In this document: one piece after another, positions 13,504 through 27,101 of the stretch
How positions within the stretch are numbered: the stretch's first letter is position 1
Layout: each line of letters begins with the position of its first letter
Source: Lama guanicoe
Taxonomy: Eukaryota
Direction: 5' to 3'
DNA length: 64,000 bases
Assembly (NCBI GenBank): GCA_013239625.1
Contig: MU055785.1
Location: 622,001-686,000 of the forward strand
Translations under genes and position numbers: made by a program
Notes under the pieces: generated by a model
What the model saw: only the letters and a program-made list of their open reading frames with translations
Databases searched by the model: none
Told to the model about the DNA's origin: nothing

Positions 13504-15169
13504 TTTCTGCGAATCAGGGCTAAGAAAAGACAGCAGGTGCTACAAATGCTACAGGCACAAAGATGTTGTTAACAACAGTACGAAACTGGGAACCACCTGT
13601 GCATCCTTCTGTGTGAGATTGGCTGAGTCAACTCCAGCAGCACCACACAACGGAACGATTATATACACATGCAGATGCCCTGAGAAAAACTGGGAAGACA
13701 GTTTTTGAGCAAAGGTTACTTCTGGGGGCAGGCACGTGATTGAGTAGTATGGGTAGAAAATTGAGGTTCATGGTGCCCCAGCGTGAGATTGAATGAAGGA
13801 GGAAGGAAGCTGGCGCTTCATTGATAAACCCATCCTACTGGGTTCTTTCTTCTCAACATCCCAGAAAACTGAAACTGAGCACTTTGGTTCCCAAGTGCCC
13901 GGGTGGCTGCGACATCCCCTTCACTGGCTATCTTTCCAAACAGAGGCTCAGCAGCCAGCTCGCAGTAGTAGACTGACTGCTCAGCTAAATGTCAGGGGTC
14001 AACTAAGTCTCTACACCTGCTCTGTCACCTACACTGATTAGGACACTGAGGGTCCTCCAGGACTCAGGGCAAGGAAGGGCCACAAGACACTCCTTCTCTT
14101 GTTAATTACAAACAGATGTCAATCCCCTGTCCCCTTCCCCTCCACCACTTCAGTGGAAAATGACCAGCCATTTTTCTTGACCCCCTCCACCCCAACACAT
14201 TAATCATCCAGGGATTGCAAAGAAAACCAGACAGATTCTGGAAGAAATCTATGGCCCCACTGTCCTTTCCCTAAGGCTTCTGGATCTCAAAAAGCTTTTA
14301 GTGGATGCAAATACAGGTTTCTCCCAGTGTCCCTGCAGATCAAACCGAGTGCTGTCCCAGAGCCTGGGACAATGACATCCCTAAGGGAGAAGAGGCTGAC
14401 AGGGTTGGAGAGTTGGATGACAGCTCTTCCTCCACCTCAGTCTGCGAGCCAGGGGTGACAGGGAGAAAGAAGTCCTCCTGCTATAATCTGAACACAGATG
14501 AAGCAGCTTGGCAGATGAGTACAGGTTTTGGCAACAAATAGACCCCGTTTTGATTTCCATCTCTGCCAAAGACGTGCTGTGTGACCTCAGGCAAGTCACT
14601 GTCTCTCTGTGCCTCTCTTTCCTCACCTTCAAAAGGGTAGCATAATAGGACCTACTTCTCATAGGGGTGGGCTGTGAGGTTTAATGAGATCACATTTAAA
14701 CGCTTACCGAAGTGTAGGGCCCACAATGAGAAAATGGTGACCGGTGTCAGGTTTATACCACGGCAGTGCACAGGACACCATATTCGCCACGGGGTGACGA
14801 CAGGACACGAGTGTAGTAAGTTTGGAAATACCAGCAGTAAAAGAGCGGCAGCCCTTGCTCTTTCTGGCTAAATTATCCCCTCTTGGGAATTGTGGTCCTT
14901 GTTTATCACTTTTGTGGTTCGTTTACCCCCAAAGGAGGAAGAGTGTCGGGGCCGCACCCTGTAGCCAGAACCAGAAGAAATGGATTGACTACCAGACCCT
15001 GCTGGTCTAGACGGGGCCTCTGTGTGGAATTAGGAGAAGGTGCCCAGGGTGACCGGTGCTCACCGTTTGGGGTCAGAGGGTTCTGCCTTCTTCCTGTCGC
15101 ACCCTGGGACTAGCGGGTCCTCCCTGGGGGAATCAGAGGCTGAGAGGCTTCCCTGTGTCCCCTGCGGGA

Positions 15170-15400
15170 CACACTGGGGGCCGTGCATCAGGTGCTCTGG
15201 GAGGCACAGGCAGCGCGCATGCCCCACAGGTCTGCGCACGAAGGGCGGGGCCAGTCCCGGGAGTCCCGGGAAGGAGGCCGGGTGGGCGCCTGCGTGGGCC
15301 TGGGCGGAGCTGCGTGGGCCACACCCCATGGGTGGGGCGGCGGGGCAGCGCTCCGCCCCCACCTCCTCCCAACCCCCGCCCCGCCCCGCCCCCTGGGGCT
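15170..15400. promoter_or_regulatory. Small CpG/GC-box cluster (candidate promoter or enhancer)
   Basis: Locally high CpG with repeated GGGCGG/CCGCCC boxes at 15243, 15302, 15335, 15353 and 15373-15393. Confidence 0.55.
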
Positions 15401-18219
15401 GTGGCAGCCTTCTGGGCACCCATTTGCCCATTTGCCACCCTTGGGAGGCTTCTGGGACCCCGGCAGGAGGATGGTAAAGGTGACAGGGCTTCCTGCTCCC
15501 CATATTTTGGTAGCTTCTAACACCCCAACCCGAGACCCTGCTGATATGTCTCCCCACAAACTCTCTTCCCAGGGTGAGAAGGCGACTGAACTCCGCAAAC
15601 CACAGAACTCGGTGTCCGTCGATTGTCCTCTGTTCTTTCCTTTCTTCAACAAACAGATCTGGGACTGGGGTCAAGGCCCTTCCTCCCACCACCGTGTGCT
15701 TTGAGTGAGTGACTGCGCCTCTCTAAGGCTCAGTCCTCATCTGTAAAATGGGGATGACAATAATAGTGCTTTCATAACTTTTTCTGGATTTAATGAGAAA
15801 ACAAGTAGGGCCCTCAGCAAGGGAGGCTGTTACTGTTGATGCTGTCCTCCACCCTGCCCAGCTCACCCCCTCAGCCCAGGGGTACCCTGCCTGGTCTACC
15901 CAGAGACGCAGCCCTGCTGGTTATCTGGGGGTCGAGCAGGGAAAATGGCTAAGGCCAGAGCTGCAACCAGCAAGATATAGGCTCTGGGACCTTGGACAAG
16001 TCATTGGCCCTCTCTGGGCCTCAGTTTCCCCATTTGGGGGGAAGCAAAGGAGGCTCAGAGAGGTGGGGTGACGTGTCCACAGTCACACAGCTAGGAGCAG
16101 GGATGCTGGGCTTGAAGCCCCATTCTCCTGTCTGAGGAGCCTGGGCCCCTGGGAAAGCTGGGCTTCGGAGGGGCTTCTGCTCCCCCTCCAACACCCCCAC
16201 CCACCTCCTTCTCAGCCTCCACTGAGACATGCTCCTTGGAGGAGCAGCTGCCACCCCGCCACCTCCGGGCTCAGCACAAAGGCAGTGGCAGGGCCAGTGC
16301 TCTGTCTCCACCTCTTCGGGAAGTGAGATGGAAAAACACAGGAGGGTCGGCCTGGGAGGGGAGGGCATCCAGGAGCTGGCGCTGGCTCTCTGGGTCTGTA
16401 GCCCAACAGAACTGAGATGAGATTCAGTTCCTTCAGCCATCCAAGCACCTACTGTGTGCCCGGCACTGAGTGGGGTCTCAGGAGCGGGTGGCAGAAGTGG
16501 GAGCCGTCCCTGCCATCCTCATCACACTAACCCCTGTTTAGGGGGACTTACTATAGGAAACTTACTACGTCCCTTCAGTCTCACCACAGCTGAGCTGTGG
16601 GTGCTGTTATCATTCCCAAGACATATATCTGGAAAATGAGGTCCAGAGAAGGAGAGTGATTTGTCCGAGGTCACACAGCTGGTCTGTTTTGGAGCTGCAA
16701 TTTGAACCCTTGCAGCCTGATTTCGGGCCCAAACTGTCTCTCTATAGTACTGTTTATTGAGCATCTCCTATGTGCAGTCATTGTAGGTCATCTCTAACCC
16801 TCCCCACAGAGGGAAACAGAGGCTCAGAGAGGTTAGGTAACTGCTCCAAAGTCACACAGCCAGAAAGTGGCAGAGGAATGATTCAAACTCAAGCCTGATT
16901 CTCCCAAACTTCTCCTGGCTGGAGAGGGAAAAAGAGATCAGCTCCATCATTCATTCATTTGTTTGTTTATACATTCAACAGATATTTACTGAGCACCTAC
17001 AATGTCAGGTGCAGGCACAGGAAGGACCACAATTAACGTGCCCCAGGCCCTGCCCTCTGGGGTTCATGGTCTCGAGCATGCCCATGGGGTACCCAGACTG
17101 ATGAGCCATCTCTTCCAGAATTGGTGCTGGAGGAGGTGCTGCCAAGGAGGGCTTCCTGGAGTTGGCTCTGGAGTTGTGCCTACCACCTGGCCCAAAAGTC
17201 ATCTAACTTCTGAGTCTCTTCCACTGGAAAATGGTGATAACAAAGCCCACCTTGTCCCATGTGGCTCAAGAAATGTCACCTGTTAGCACTAACATTATGG
17301 TCCCCACCATGCCCCCACTGCAGGGCAGAGGAAGTAGGCAGGGAAGGGAGAGGTGCAATGCCACCAAGGTCTAGGCTCTGAGAAGGGACAGTGTCGAGAC
17401 CCTGGGAGCCTGGGGACACAGAGCAAACCAATGAAAAGAATCCCCAAAGGCAGGGAGTGGTTACAGGGAATCTAGGGCCAGGTCTGTGACCTCAGCTGGA
17501 CCCCTGGGGTCTCCAGCTGGACTGAGGTCAGGGCTGGGGGCCTATGGTCTGAGGAGAGGAAAGGACCCTGGGAGATGTTCAAGAACTAAGAGAGGCAGCA
17601 AAGGGTGGGGCATTGTGGGGGGGGGTTGTGTGTGTAAGATTCTGGGCTTAAAGCTCTAGTGTCGGTGGGACCCGGGTTCACATCCGTCGGGCACTCATTA
17701 TGTGACCTTTGCCAGGTGGTGTCAACTCTCAGCCTCTGTTTCCTCCTCTAGAAAATGTGTTTCTGATACCTGCACGGCCAGATGGAATCAGACCATTTTA
17801 ACGATTGTTTTATTTAAACACGTGTACAGCACGTGCCGTGGGTCAGGCGCTGTTCCCCGCACTGCGTGCCTGTGTGTTTTTAATGAGAGGTACGCAGCAC
17901 AGCGCTGGCTCTGATGCCACGAGTGCAGCTATTGTCACCCTGCTACATCATGTGATCGTGCTACAATGACGGTGGTGGTTTACTTTCTAATGGGGCGGAG
18001 CAGGGGGGTGGTGACAACACTAAGGACCAGGAAAGCGAATTCCATTGCGGGAACCGGCTGGGGCGGAGGGCGGCTCTGGGAGCCCGGCTGTGAGCTAGAC
18101 CAGGATGAGAATTCAGGACCGCCCAGTCCTGCCAGGGCTGTTCTCCAGGCCCTCCAGGACGAAAGTCAAGAATTGGGAACTCCTCCCTCTGGGAAATCTG
18201 TCCTGGAAGGCCAGCTTGC

Positions 18220-18292
18220 ATGTGTGCGTGTGTGTGCCTGCATTTGGGTGTGCGTTCGTGCATGTGTGTCTGTGTGTGTGACTGTGTGTGTG
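18220..18292. repeat. Imperfect (TG)n/(TGCG) microsatellite
   Basis: Read directly. Confidence 0.85.
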
Positions 18293-21200
18293 GAGGGATG
18301 CCCAGCCTCTGGCCCCAGCGTCTGTTGTGGCAGATGTTTGGCTGTGCCATGGCAACGCCAGCACAGGACGTGCCTCTGGGTTGCAGCAGGGACAAGCCCA
18401 CGCTCACAGGCCGCCCACACCGTTCCCCTCCCCAAAGGCTTGTTGGGAAGAACCACTTAGGTCCAGGTCGGGGACAAATGGTGTTTGTACCAGGAGAAGG
18501 CAGAGCCAGTGTCCTCCGAGGGGTCAACGGCAGGGGAGGAGGGCGGGGGATGCATGTGCACATCCTGCCAAGCCCCTCCTCCAGGGAGCCTGCGTCCCTC
18601 TGCCCTCCCGAGGATGCTGCGGAAGCGGCGTGGGAAGAGGAGCTGCCCGTCAACAGGGCTGGTCTGTAGGCGACCGATCACTGTCTTTCCCACGATTACA
18701 GCGGCTACCCAGGGAGGGAGTACTTTGCACCAGGACCTGTGCTAAGTGTTTCACACAGCAAATAACATCTACACCTAGCAGATAACATCACTTTTTGCTT
18801 ATGACACAGTGCTAACCTGTATAACAGCACTATGAGGTCACTCCTATTTCTCCGATGAGAAAAGGGAGGCACAGAGAGGTTAAGTCAGTGCTCCGGGAGT
18901 CACAGAGTGGGTAAGTTAGGGCGCAAGACCCTGGGCTGTCTTGCTCCAAAGCGTGGTGACACCGCCAGGACTGGCTGCATAATTGGCAGGGCCCAGTGGG
19001 AAATGAAAAGGCCTGGCCCTCCTTAGAGAAGTAAAGACTGCGACAGCAGAGCATCAGACCGATCGCAAGGCGCTTTAAGGTGCAGAGTCCCGTGCAGCTG
19101 CCCGTGAAGCCAGCCCCCGCGGGCTCAGAGGCTGGGCACAGGCAGCCCAGAGATGCTCGCGGACCAGGATGGCGAGCCCCACCTGCACCCCTGAGGTGCA
19201 GCGATCTGAGAGTAATCTCTGTTCCAGGGAGTCCCTGTTACCCCAACAGAGGGGAGAAGAGACACCACTTGCCCCAAATACTGTGCTGAATTCCCTAGAA
19301 TCACAAGCCTGGGGAGCTTGGGGTGCAGATTTTCGTTCCATACAAAGTATCTTTTTATTAAATCTTTACATTTTCCTTTTTAGGTATAAAAGTAACAGTC
19401 CCGCTGCAGAGATTTTGGAATAGACGAAAGGAAAAAACATCCACCTCGATTCCCACTCACCTAACCTCATTGCCGTTGGCAGGTGCTGTGTTTCCTTCCT
19501 GACTTTCACAGATGGGCTTTCTGCCAGGCCCCCCAGGGGTGAACCAGATGGGCTCCTTTGTCCCCAGGGGCTGGCACGAGGCAGGAGCATCATGAATGGG
19601 GGAGGATGCCGAATGGATGGATGTTACAAAGGCTTCTGGTCTGGATGAACTTTCAGATGCTCCTGGACTCTAAAAACCCAGGATTCGTTGATTCATGCGT
19701 AGCAAATGCCTGGTGTTGACCTGGGGTTCAGTCCAGTGTGCCAAGCCCAGTGTGCTGGGGCCCCGGAGGTGACTGAGACACGTCCCTGTCCTGGAAGAAC
19801 ATGATTTAGGCAGTCATGGCTGTCCCCAAACTTTCCAAGACTTGGTGAATGAAATTTGGGACTCATTTTTCACAGTATAAATTTCATTCATTTACTTTCA
19901 TCCAATATTTATTGAGGGACTACTATGAGCTAAGCTCTCCACAAAGTAAGGGCTATCTTCTTTGGGGAGAAGATGGTGGGGTAGAAAGTGTATGAATTTG
20001 GAGTCAGGCACCCCAGGCTTCTGTCCCTTCCTGGCTGTGTGACCCTGACCTGGGTGACCTAACCTCTCTGAGCTTCCACCTCTTCATTTGTAAAACAAGG
20101 TCACATCTGCCTAAGGATCAATGCAGTAATATACATGAAACACTCAAGTAGTAAATGCTCAGTGTAGTTTACCGTCTCCCCTCCCTGCCCTCCATCCCTC
20201 CTACCAGTATCAAGTTAACACCCACCACTGACTCAGCAAGGACGCTGGTGCCAGGCAGAAGAGGTTGACACACATTATCAGCTAATTCTCAAATTATTGG
20301 CCCCATGAGGTAGGTAGCGCTGTCCTTGTGATATCCAATATCAAAACCAGAGGGAGCTCTGCACCTCCAACTGCTCCTGGGAGAATCTGTCTCTAAGCAT
20401 CAGATTCCCGTGCATCCTTTTCTGTGCTGGGAGTTCTGCTCATGCAAGTGCTGACGCTTTACTTGCTGAAACAGTTTCCAAAGAAAGGAATTACAGGCTG
20501 AAATGGGACCCTTTGCAGGATGCATGAGCGATTTCCCTTTAAAGGCAAAATATAGTGAATTCGGTTTGGAGGAGGGAAACACACCTTGTGCCGCCCAGAC
20601 AGGCTTTGGAGCACGAAGTGGGTCAGATTTCCCAGGAGCTGGAGGCTTCATTTCTGACTTGAATATCTTCTTGCTGGTACCTAAAGGGAGATCAGATGCA
20701 ACTTCAGCTTGCTCCTTTCCAATTCTGGAATGGGGGGGGGGCATCTCAGAAGGCATCAGGTGGGGAAGAAGCAGTACCTCTCAGCTTCACCACTTTTTAG
20801 ATGTAACCTTGAGCAAACGGCTTACACTCTGCAAGGCCTGATTCTTCAACTGTAAACTGAGGACTACGTCAACAGGGCCTTTGGAGGATTCAAGGGGATT
20901 CTTTAAAGTGCTGGGTACAAGGAAGGATCAATAGTTCTGCTCCCTCATGTCGGGGCACAGGGATGGGTGGGCAGGGTTTCCTGGGTGGGGCTCACTTGGT
21001 GCACTGTTGGTGGATATCTCTGGAAAGAGCTTCCCTACCACGAAGCGAATCCTTCTCAAAGGCCAAGTCACCCTCCAAGTTCTGCCTTCTGGAGCCTCTT
21101 CCAAGCATCTCGCCAAGAGGGCCTTGCAGCTCCTCCCCTGCAAAACCACTTCCCCTGGGGGAGGTGAGACCTGGGCTCACACTCAACCTCAGAATTGCTA

Positions 21201-22575
21201 CTCTGAGATTGAAATCAGAAATGTGCTCCCAGGGCCAGAGTAAAAGTGTATCTGACCGGTTCTGGGAACACCCATATTCCGGTAGGGCGATGAGGGTGGG
21301 TGTTGTCTCCGGAAAGCATGTGTGGAATGTGACTGTGACTAGCAAAGGGAAAGCCTACTCACTCAATTGCATCCCATTCTTATTTCGATGGTTTCTAAAC
21401 CCAGGCCAGGCCATCAGAATTCCCAGGGAATCCACGGGAAAGAGCCTCAGGCTCTGATTCACCTTTGGAGCCTGAAGACAATCTGTCAGGTGTGTCTCCA
21501 GCCTTGCCAAGGAAGTGTCCCGAACCATGACCCACAGTTCCAGAAACATCTTAGACGGAGGGCTGCATTACAGCCTGAGAGCACCAACCGTCAGAATCAC
21601 CCCGCTAACCTTTTGCTTCCATTTTCTACTGAATAAGCAATTCCTAACCCTGATTTGGCTTCTCGTGTAGATTTTCCTAGAAGGATTCAGTGTGCTAATT
21701 GGCAAATGAGAGTAATCTGCTCTGCTTGACAGTTATAACTCTGGTTGTAAAGTGAAAGAAAGCTTTGCATTTCAGTTTATTCACCAGTCTCCACCTGGGA
21801 GTCCAGGGGAGGGGCAGGGCTAGTCGAGGTGAATTAAATGAAGTATTTTCCAGATTGAGGAATTTGTGGTGGACAGTCAGCGCTCGTCCACGTGGTGAGT
21901 CGACATGACCCGTCGCATCCAAAGGCGGTGAGGAGGGGCGGGGAGTCCCCATGCTCTCTGCCCCGACTATACACCTTGACACACAACTCACGGAACTCCA
22001 AGAAGGCAGGGTTTTCTGCTGGAAGCAGCCTGGCTTTGCTGGTCACCAAGGGAGGAAGGAGAGCCGCCAGCAGCTCTGACCTTCATGGACTGGGACCTGA
22101 GCGCGAGATGGGTCCAGTGCCTGGGATTCCCTGGGGTTCCTGCCTCGGCCATTAGCTGTGATTAGCCCCCACCGTCCCCTCTCCCACGGGCTGTGCTGCG
22201 AGCAGCGAAGGTGGTTCCCTCGAGCACAACTCAGCTTTACATTTCCTGCTGCTGCAGAAAGAGACGTAACCCCAAGTCCAAGCCCCACCCTGGTGGATGA
22301 GTTTTTTTTCTGGTATACAAATGACCACGCACAAGCAGGCTTGCTCCTTTACTGGCAAGATTAGGAGGAACAGAGACGATTCCTGCAGGAGCCAACCTCC
22401 CTTCCCCTGGTTCTTTCTTTGGTCTCACCTGTCCGAGTCTTTAGCACGGGGCCCAGGTGCTCACTCAAGACCGGCCATCACGATGACAAAGATGTGCCCG
22501 ACTCTCCCAGGGAGGACTGAAGAAGCCTCTTTTTGGCACAAGTTCAGAAGTCATCAGGCATTTATAAAGAAAAAG

Positions 22576-22581
22576 TTTATT
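22576..22581 (-). terminator. Polyadenylation signal AATAAA for SSH1
   Basis: tttatt on the + strand, with UGUA motifs and U-rich tracts upstream in mRNA orientation. Confidence 0.7.
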
Positions 22582-25500
22582 TTCATCACGAGAAGCACAC
22601 AGACTATATATATATACAGTACACACCAACAGAAGTAAAAAAAAAAAAGTGCATTCTGCATCTTCTACTGCAACTTCACAGTACAAAAGACACTGCCTTT
22701 TAAATATATAATATAAAAAAAACCAAGAAGAAAAACAATATAATAAAAAAATTACTGATATCCTAACGCAACACAGTGGAACCCACTGGCAGCTTTTGAA
22801 AACCAGAGGGCAGGCCGCCTCGTGGAGCTCCTGATTTTAGGGGGGGGGCGGTCTGTACCTGCATTTTGTCGCAAAGAGCTCAGGACTCCAATGGGGAGGA
22901 AAACAGGGTGGCCTTGGTGGTCATAAAAACTCTACTGGACAGGAGTACAAGTGTGCGATAGGGGAGCAGGGGAGGGGCTGGGCTGCGCCAACCCCCAGCT
23001 GGCCAGCAAGCCGATTCCGGACTTCCCTCGCTCCTGCGGGACACGGCTGAGCCAGCGCCGGTCCAGCATGCTCCTGGCCTGGCCGTGGGGCACGGCCGCC
23101 TCCGGCCCCCTCGCCAACCACCACTGACAAGCAAAGCATCCAATCACAGAATGTGAGAGCTTAACAGTTTCCCATAAATACACAGTATTTGTAAACTATT
23201 ATTAAGGCACTCGATTGTAAAATAATTACAGTGTCGGAAAGGAGGGAGGGAGCAGCCACCTTCTCACGCAGAAAGGACAGCAGAGGACTGGTGGTCTGGT
23301 TCTAAAGACTCCTGCCTGAGACACTGACAGGAGCTGGGGCCGCAGCACCGACCACAGGATAGAGACAAGGCGGTCACGTCCATATCCACTGGGGGCAGCG
23401 CAGCCCAGTGCTGCTCCAGACCATTCAAGGCGATTGGCTTCATAGCTCGGGGGACACAGCGTGCGTGCATGTGATGCTTTGAATCAAGTGATGTATATAT
23501 AGTCAAATATATATATATGTGTATATATATGTGCAGAGTGAACTCCTACACATGGGTGCTCAATGGCACAGCAGATTAGAAATTAGGTTAGCTGAGCACG
23601 GGGATCCCTAACCACCTTGGTCCGGCAGGCCGAGGTGGCGAGATGCTGCAGGGGGAGGACGAGAGCAGGTGACCCAGCTGTCACAAGTCTCCTGGCCAGC
23701 CCAGCTCCCCTGCCAGAGGTGAAGGGGTTGCCTTCATGCACCATGTGGGTCAGAGGAAGCCCTGCTGGGTGGGATCCATCAACCTTCAGGGATGGGGCCT
23801 GGGCCGAGTGCCTGCATATAGGGTTGTCCTGATGATAATTCTGTGGCAGCTCTGTCTCCATCCTCTGGGCTTATCCAGGAAGGAAAAGGCTTCAGAAAGG
23901 GCTGGAACAAATGCCTTTTAGCAGGAGAGGGTGGAATGGAGCAGAAGGGAGTTAGACAGCCACCTGTGAGCACCTGGTGGGTAATCTGCCTGCCTGATGG
24001 ACAGGGCGCCACTACCCAGCAGAGAGCTGTCTGGCAGCCCGGGGGGTCGGCATGGGTGCCCATCCGCAATGAGACCACGGAGGCAGGTAAGGCCGAGAGC
24101 AAGAGCCTTGTTCTCAAGATGCTCATGCGGTGATGCACGTTGCTCCAAGGCCCACAAGAAGCTTCAAGACAAAGAACTGGGACTCATGACCAGAGGACAG
24201 CACTGTCTCCCCACCTTTCTGTAACCAGTTCCCCGCTCAGACTCAACAAAACTGGGCAAGCAGAGCCCCCCGTGTCCATGCAAGGGGAAGCCCTAGAAAA
24301 GCTCCATCTAGTTTCGGCGTGCCCTACGAACTAGAGTGAAAACGAGGGAGAGGTGAGCTGGCAGATGAAATGCACCTGAATTCAGAGTGTGGCGCTGACT
24401 GAGAAAGTTTTGGTTCTCGCCTGATTCGACGAGGGCATTCCATGAAGACGGCAGTCACCGGAATCAATGACTTTCCCAGCATGAACCCCTTCGGAATGTC
24501 CCCCGTCCGCTGAGATTACAGACAAAGCACCGGTCAAGATGGGGCACAGTTTATGGTGCAAACTTTCTTCTCAGAGACCAGCATGAATCTGTCTTTGCCA
24601 AGGTGCCCCCAGCTTGGTACAATGCTCGTGTCTTGTCAGTATGAACATTTGAAATAGTGATCTCCCATAGGTTTACATGCAGCTGCCCTGGGTCTCAGAG
24701 AAAAACCTCCATCCTTTTTCTGCAGGCTAGAGAGTCCCCCACGAGGAGAGCTTCCTTGTGCTCCGAGGACGGGGCCCTGGGCCTTGGTGTGTTTAGAGGC
24801 TGGTGTAGTAAGCTTCCGAAAGTGAATGGAGAAGTTTGCCAAAAGCCAAAGACCCACTCTTATTCATAATCCTCCTCCCACCCTTAACTGGATGTGAAAA
24901 ATTATGGCTTTCAAAATTCGGCTTTTCAAAAATACATCTCTCATACACAGGCATGGTAAAACAAACAAACAAACAAACAAACAAAAAACCCCAGCAGAAG
25001 CCTGTCATCACCAAACCTAAAGGATTATTTTGATACAAAAATTGACCCACCACGTGAAATTTAATTTGGCAAGACATTGAATCTGATGTATTTTTTTGAG
25101 ACTATGGTTCTTGTTGGCTGAGAGAGAGGGGGAAACCTGACTGGGTTTTCAGGAATAAGTGGATAATCACCTTTTCAGGTCAGATTTCAATTGACAGTGG
25201 TGGGAAAACAAATCCCTATAAAGTAAAATAACATACACTTCAAGTGGAAAACAAAAAAAAAAGAAGGGAGAAAAAATTTCCGGAGAGAGAAGTTTTGCAA
25301 AAACTCTACCCACTAGTTGAAATACTGACTAACTAGCCTTGTTTCTGAAGACCCTGCCTGGGCTGCTCGCAGGGGCCTCGCTCTGACCAGCTTGCGACAG
25401 TGACTCACCCGCTTTCAGGATCTGGCTGGCCCTGGAAGGCTGTCTAGATTCACTGAATTAATCCGGCTGGCTCACCGGAGGGCAAGGTGCAACTGCAGGG

Positions 25501-25703
25501 AAGCCTCGGCCGGCGGCGCCCCTCTACGTGCACAGCCCCACTCCCCCAGCACAGGAGAGACGCCCACCGGGGCTGGGCTGGCCGGGGCTGGGAGGTGGGC
25601 AGGGGAGGGTGTGGCCTAAGGTGTGGAAGCCGCAGGGACACTTTCCGACTTGCCCGCTTTCTTCCTGGAGGGCCTCGGGTGGCCCTGTGTTGTTAAGTAA
25701 AAC

Positions 25704-25870
25704 CAGGGCTTGGCCAGCATTTTCTATAAAGGGCTGGACAGTAAAATATCTTAGGCTTTGCAAGCTGCCAATTCCCTGTCATCTATTTGTTAAATTTTTT
25801 AATAACCCGTTAAAAATACAAAAAACCACCTTCGCCCCGGGGGCCACGCACTGTGGTTTGCTGTGCCCTG
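25704..25870 (+). mobile_element. MER58-like hAT-Charlie remnant within the SSH1 3' UTR
   Basis: caggg...ttttctataaagggctggacagtaaaatatcttaggctttgc...tggtttgctgtgccctg. Confidence 0.65.
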
Positions 25871-27101
25871 ACTTAAACCTCACCAAGCCTCCTCTCCCTC
25901 TCCAAAGTATCTTAACACCCTGTCCTGCCAGCTGACATAGGAGGAGTCCCCCAGCTCAAGCCCAGAGCCTGTGGCCACATGACCTGCAGAGCTCACCCGA
26001 TTCTCGGAGGGGCTCCCCGCAGAGCCAGGTGGGACAGCACGCTGTCCTCGCCCGCTGGGAAACGCCACCGAGAAACAGGAAGCAGGAAGGGGCGGCTGCA
26101 AATATCTGCGAAGCTTTCCACCCGGCTCCCATCCCTGGGGAGCTGCTGCTGGAATCTCCTCTCCCTCCCCAGACACAAGCAGACGTGACCTAATGTAAGT
26201 GAGTGCCGGGGCTCCTGACAGGGCGACCCACGTCTCCGAACTTCCGGCCCCACCAGACACTCGAGCGCCTTGGAAACCAACACAACCACATCGGGATCCG
26301 CAGGTGAGACTCAGTACTCTGTGGGTCCTTCTCCCCAGATGGGGGGGGGCAACTGAAATCTGAGCTTTAGCGAGGGCTGAGGACACCACACACACTTCCC
26401 CCCACCTCACACCAGGGCTGGCCCGACACGCATCACTCAGCTGTAACACCGCACCAGCACAGGGCATATTCAACTGCACCCGGGACCCCCGCACGCCCCA
26501 GAGTCGGTCCCACGACCACACTCCACGCCTTCATGTCACTTTTAACGAGCAGCGCTTGGCGCCGTTGATGTAAGAGTCTTAACACTTCTTGGGGTCCCCA
26601 GAACAAAAACGCCTTTTCGGACACAGTATTTTCCCCTGGGATGGGCCTTGGTCATTACTGGATTTTAGAAGTAAAAAGCACAGCGGGAAGAGAGGTAGGA
26701 CTTCTACTGCCATCCGAGAGTTTCCCCCGGGGGCCTGACTGAGCCAGAACAGGGCCCTTCCTCTGCAGGTTGTGCATGGACTATCTTGTTGTGTGTGCAT
26801 ATCCATCAATGTTCCTCTTAAAACATGAGCCTGCTTCGAAACACCCGGTCTGGGGTCGGACGGAGTCTACTGGCCGACAGCTCTGGGTCCTCCCAGGCCA
26901 CACAACCGATGCGCCCCTTTCTTCTTGTGCTGGATGTTGGTGACTTTTGTTTCGCCTTTCCCCTCTGCAGCCAGAGGAGAGGAAAAGGGAGGAGAAAGCC
27001 AACTGGTGAAGGGGAATTAAGATGTAAGGGGCGGACGCAGATCCACAGGGATGCTAAGGGAGGGACCACGCGGAGTCCAAACGCAGCAAAAGGCGGGTGG
27101 G

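Larger units (their letters stand above)
22555..27101 (-). other. SSH1: SSH1 3' UTR (~4.5 kb; 3' end approximate)
   Basis: Follows the stop codon, is largely repeat-poor, and ends in a U-rich block with a canonical AATAAA. Confidence 0.75.

Noticed and set aside
14305..14541. 78-aa ATG-initiated ORF
   Set aside because: No recognisable homology or splice structure; length is within chance expectation.
15040..15704. Overlapping 100-210 aa ORFs on both strands
   Set aside because: Low-complexity Pro/Gly/Ala/Arg translations expected from stop-poor GC-rich DNA; no recognisable domain.
17961..18785. 150-230 aa ORFs
   Set aside because: Explained by GC richness and the TG microsatellite (HT/CV repeats); no homology recognised.
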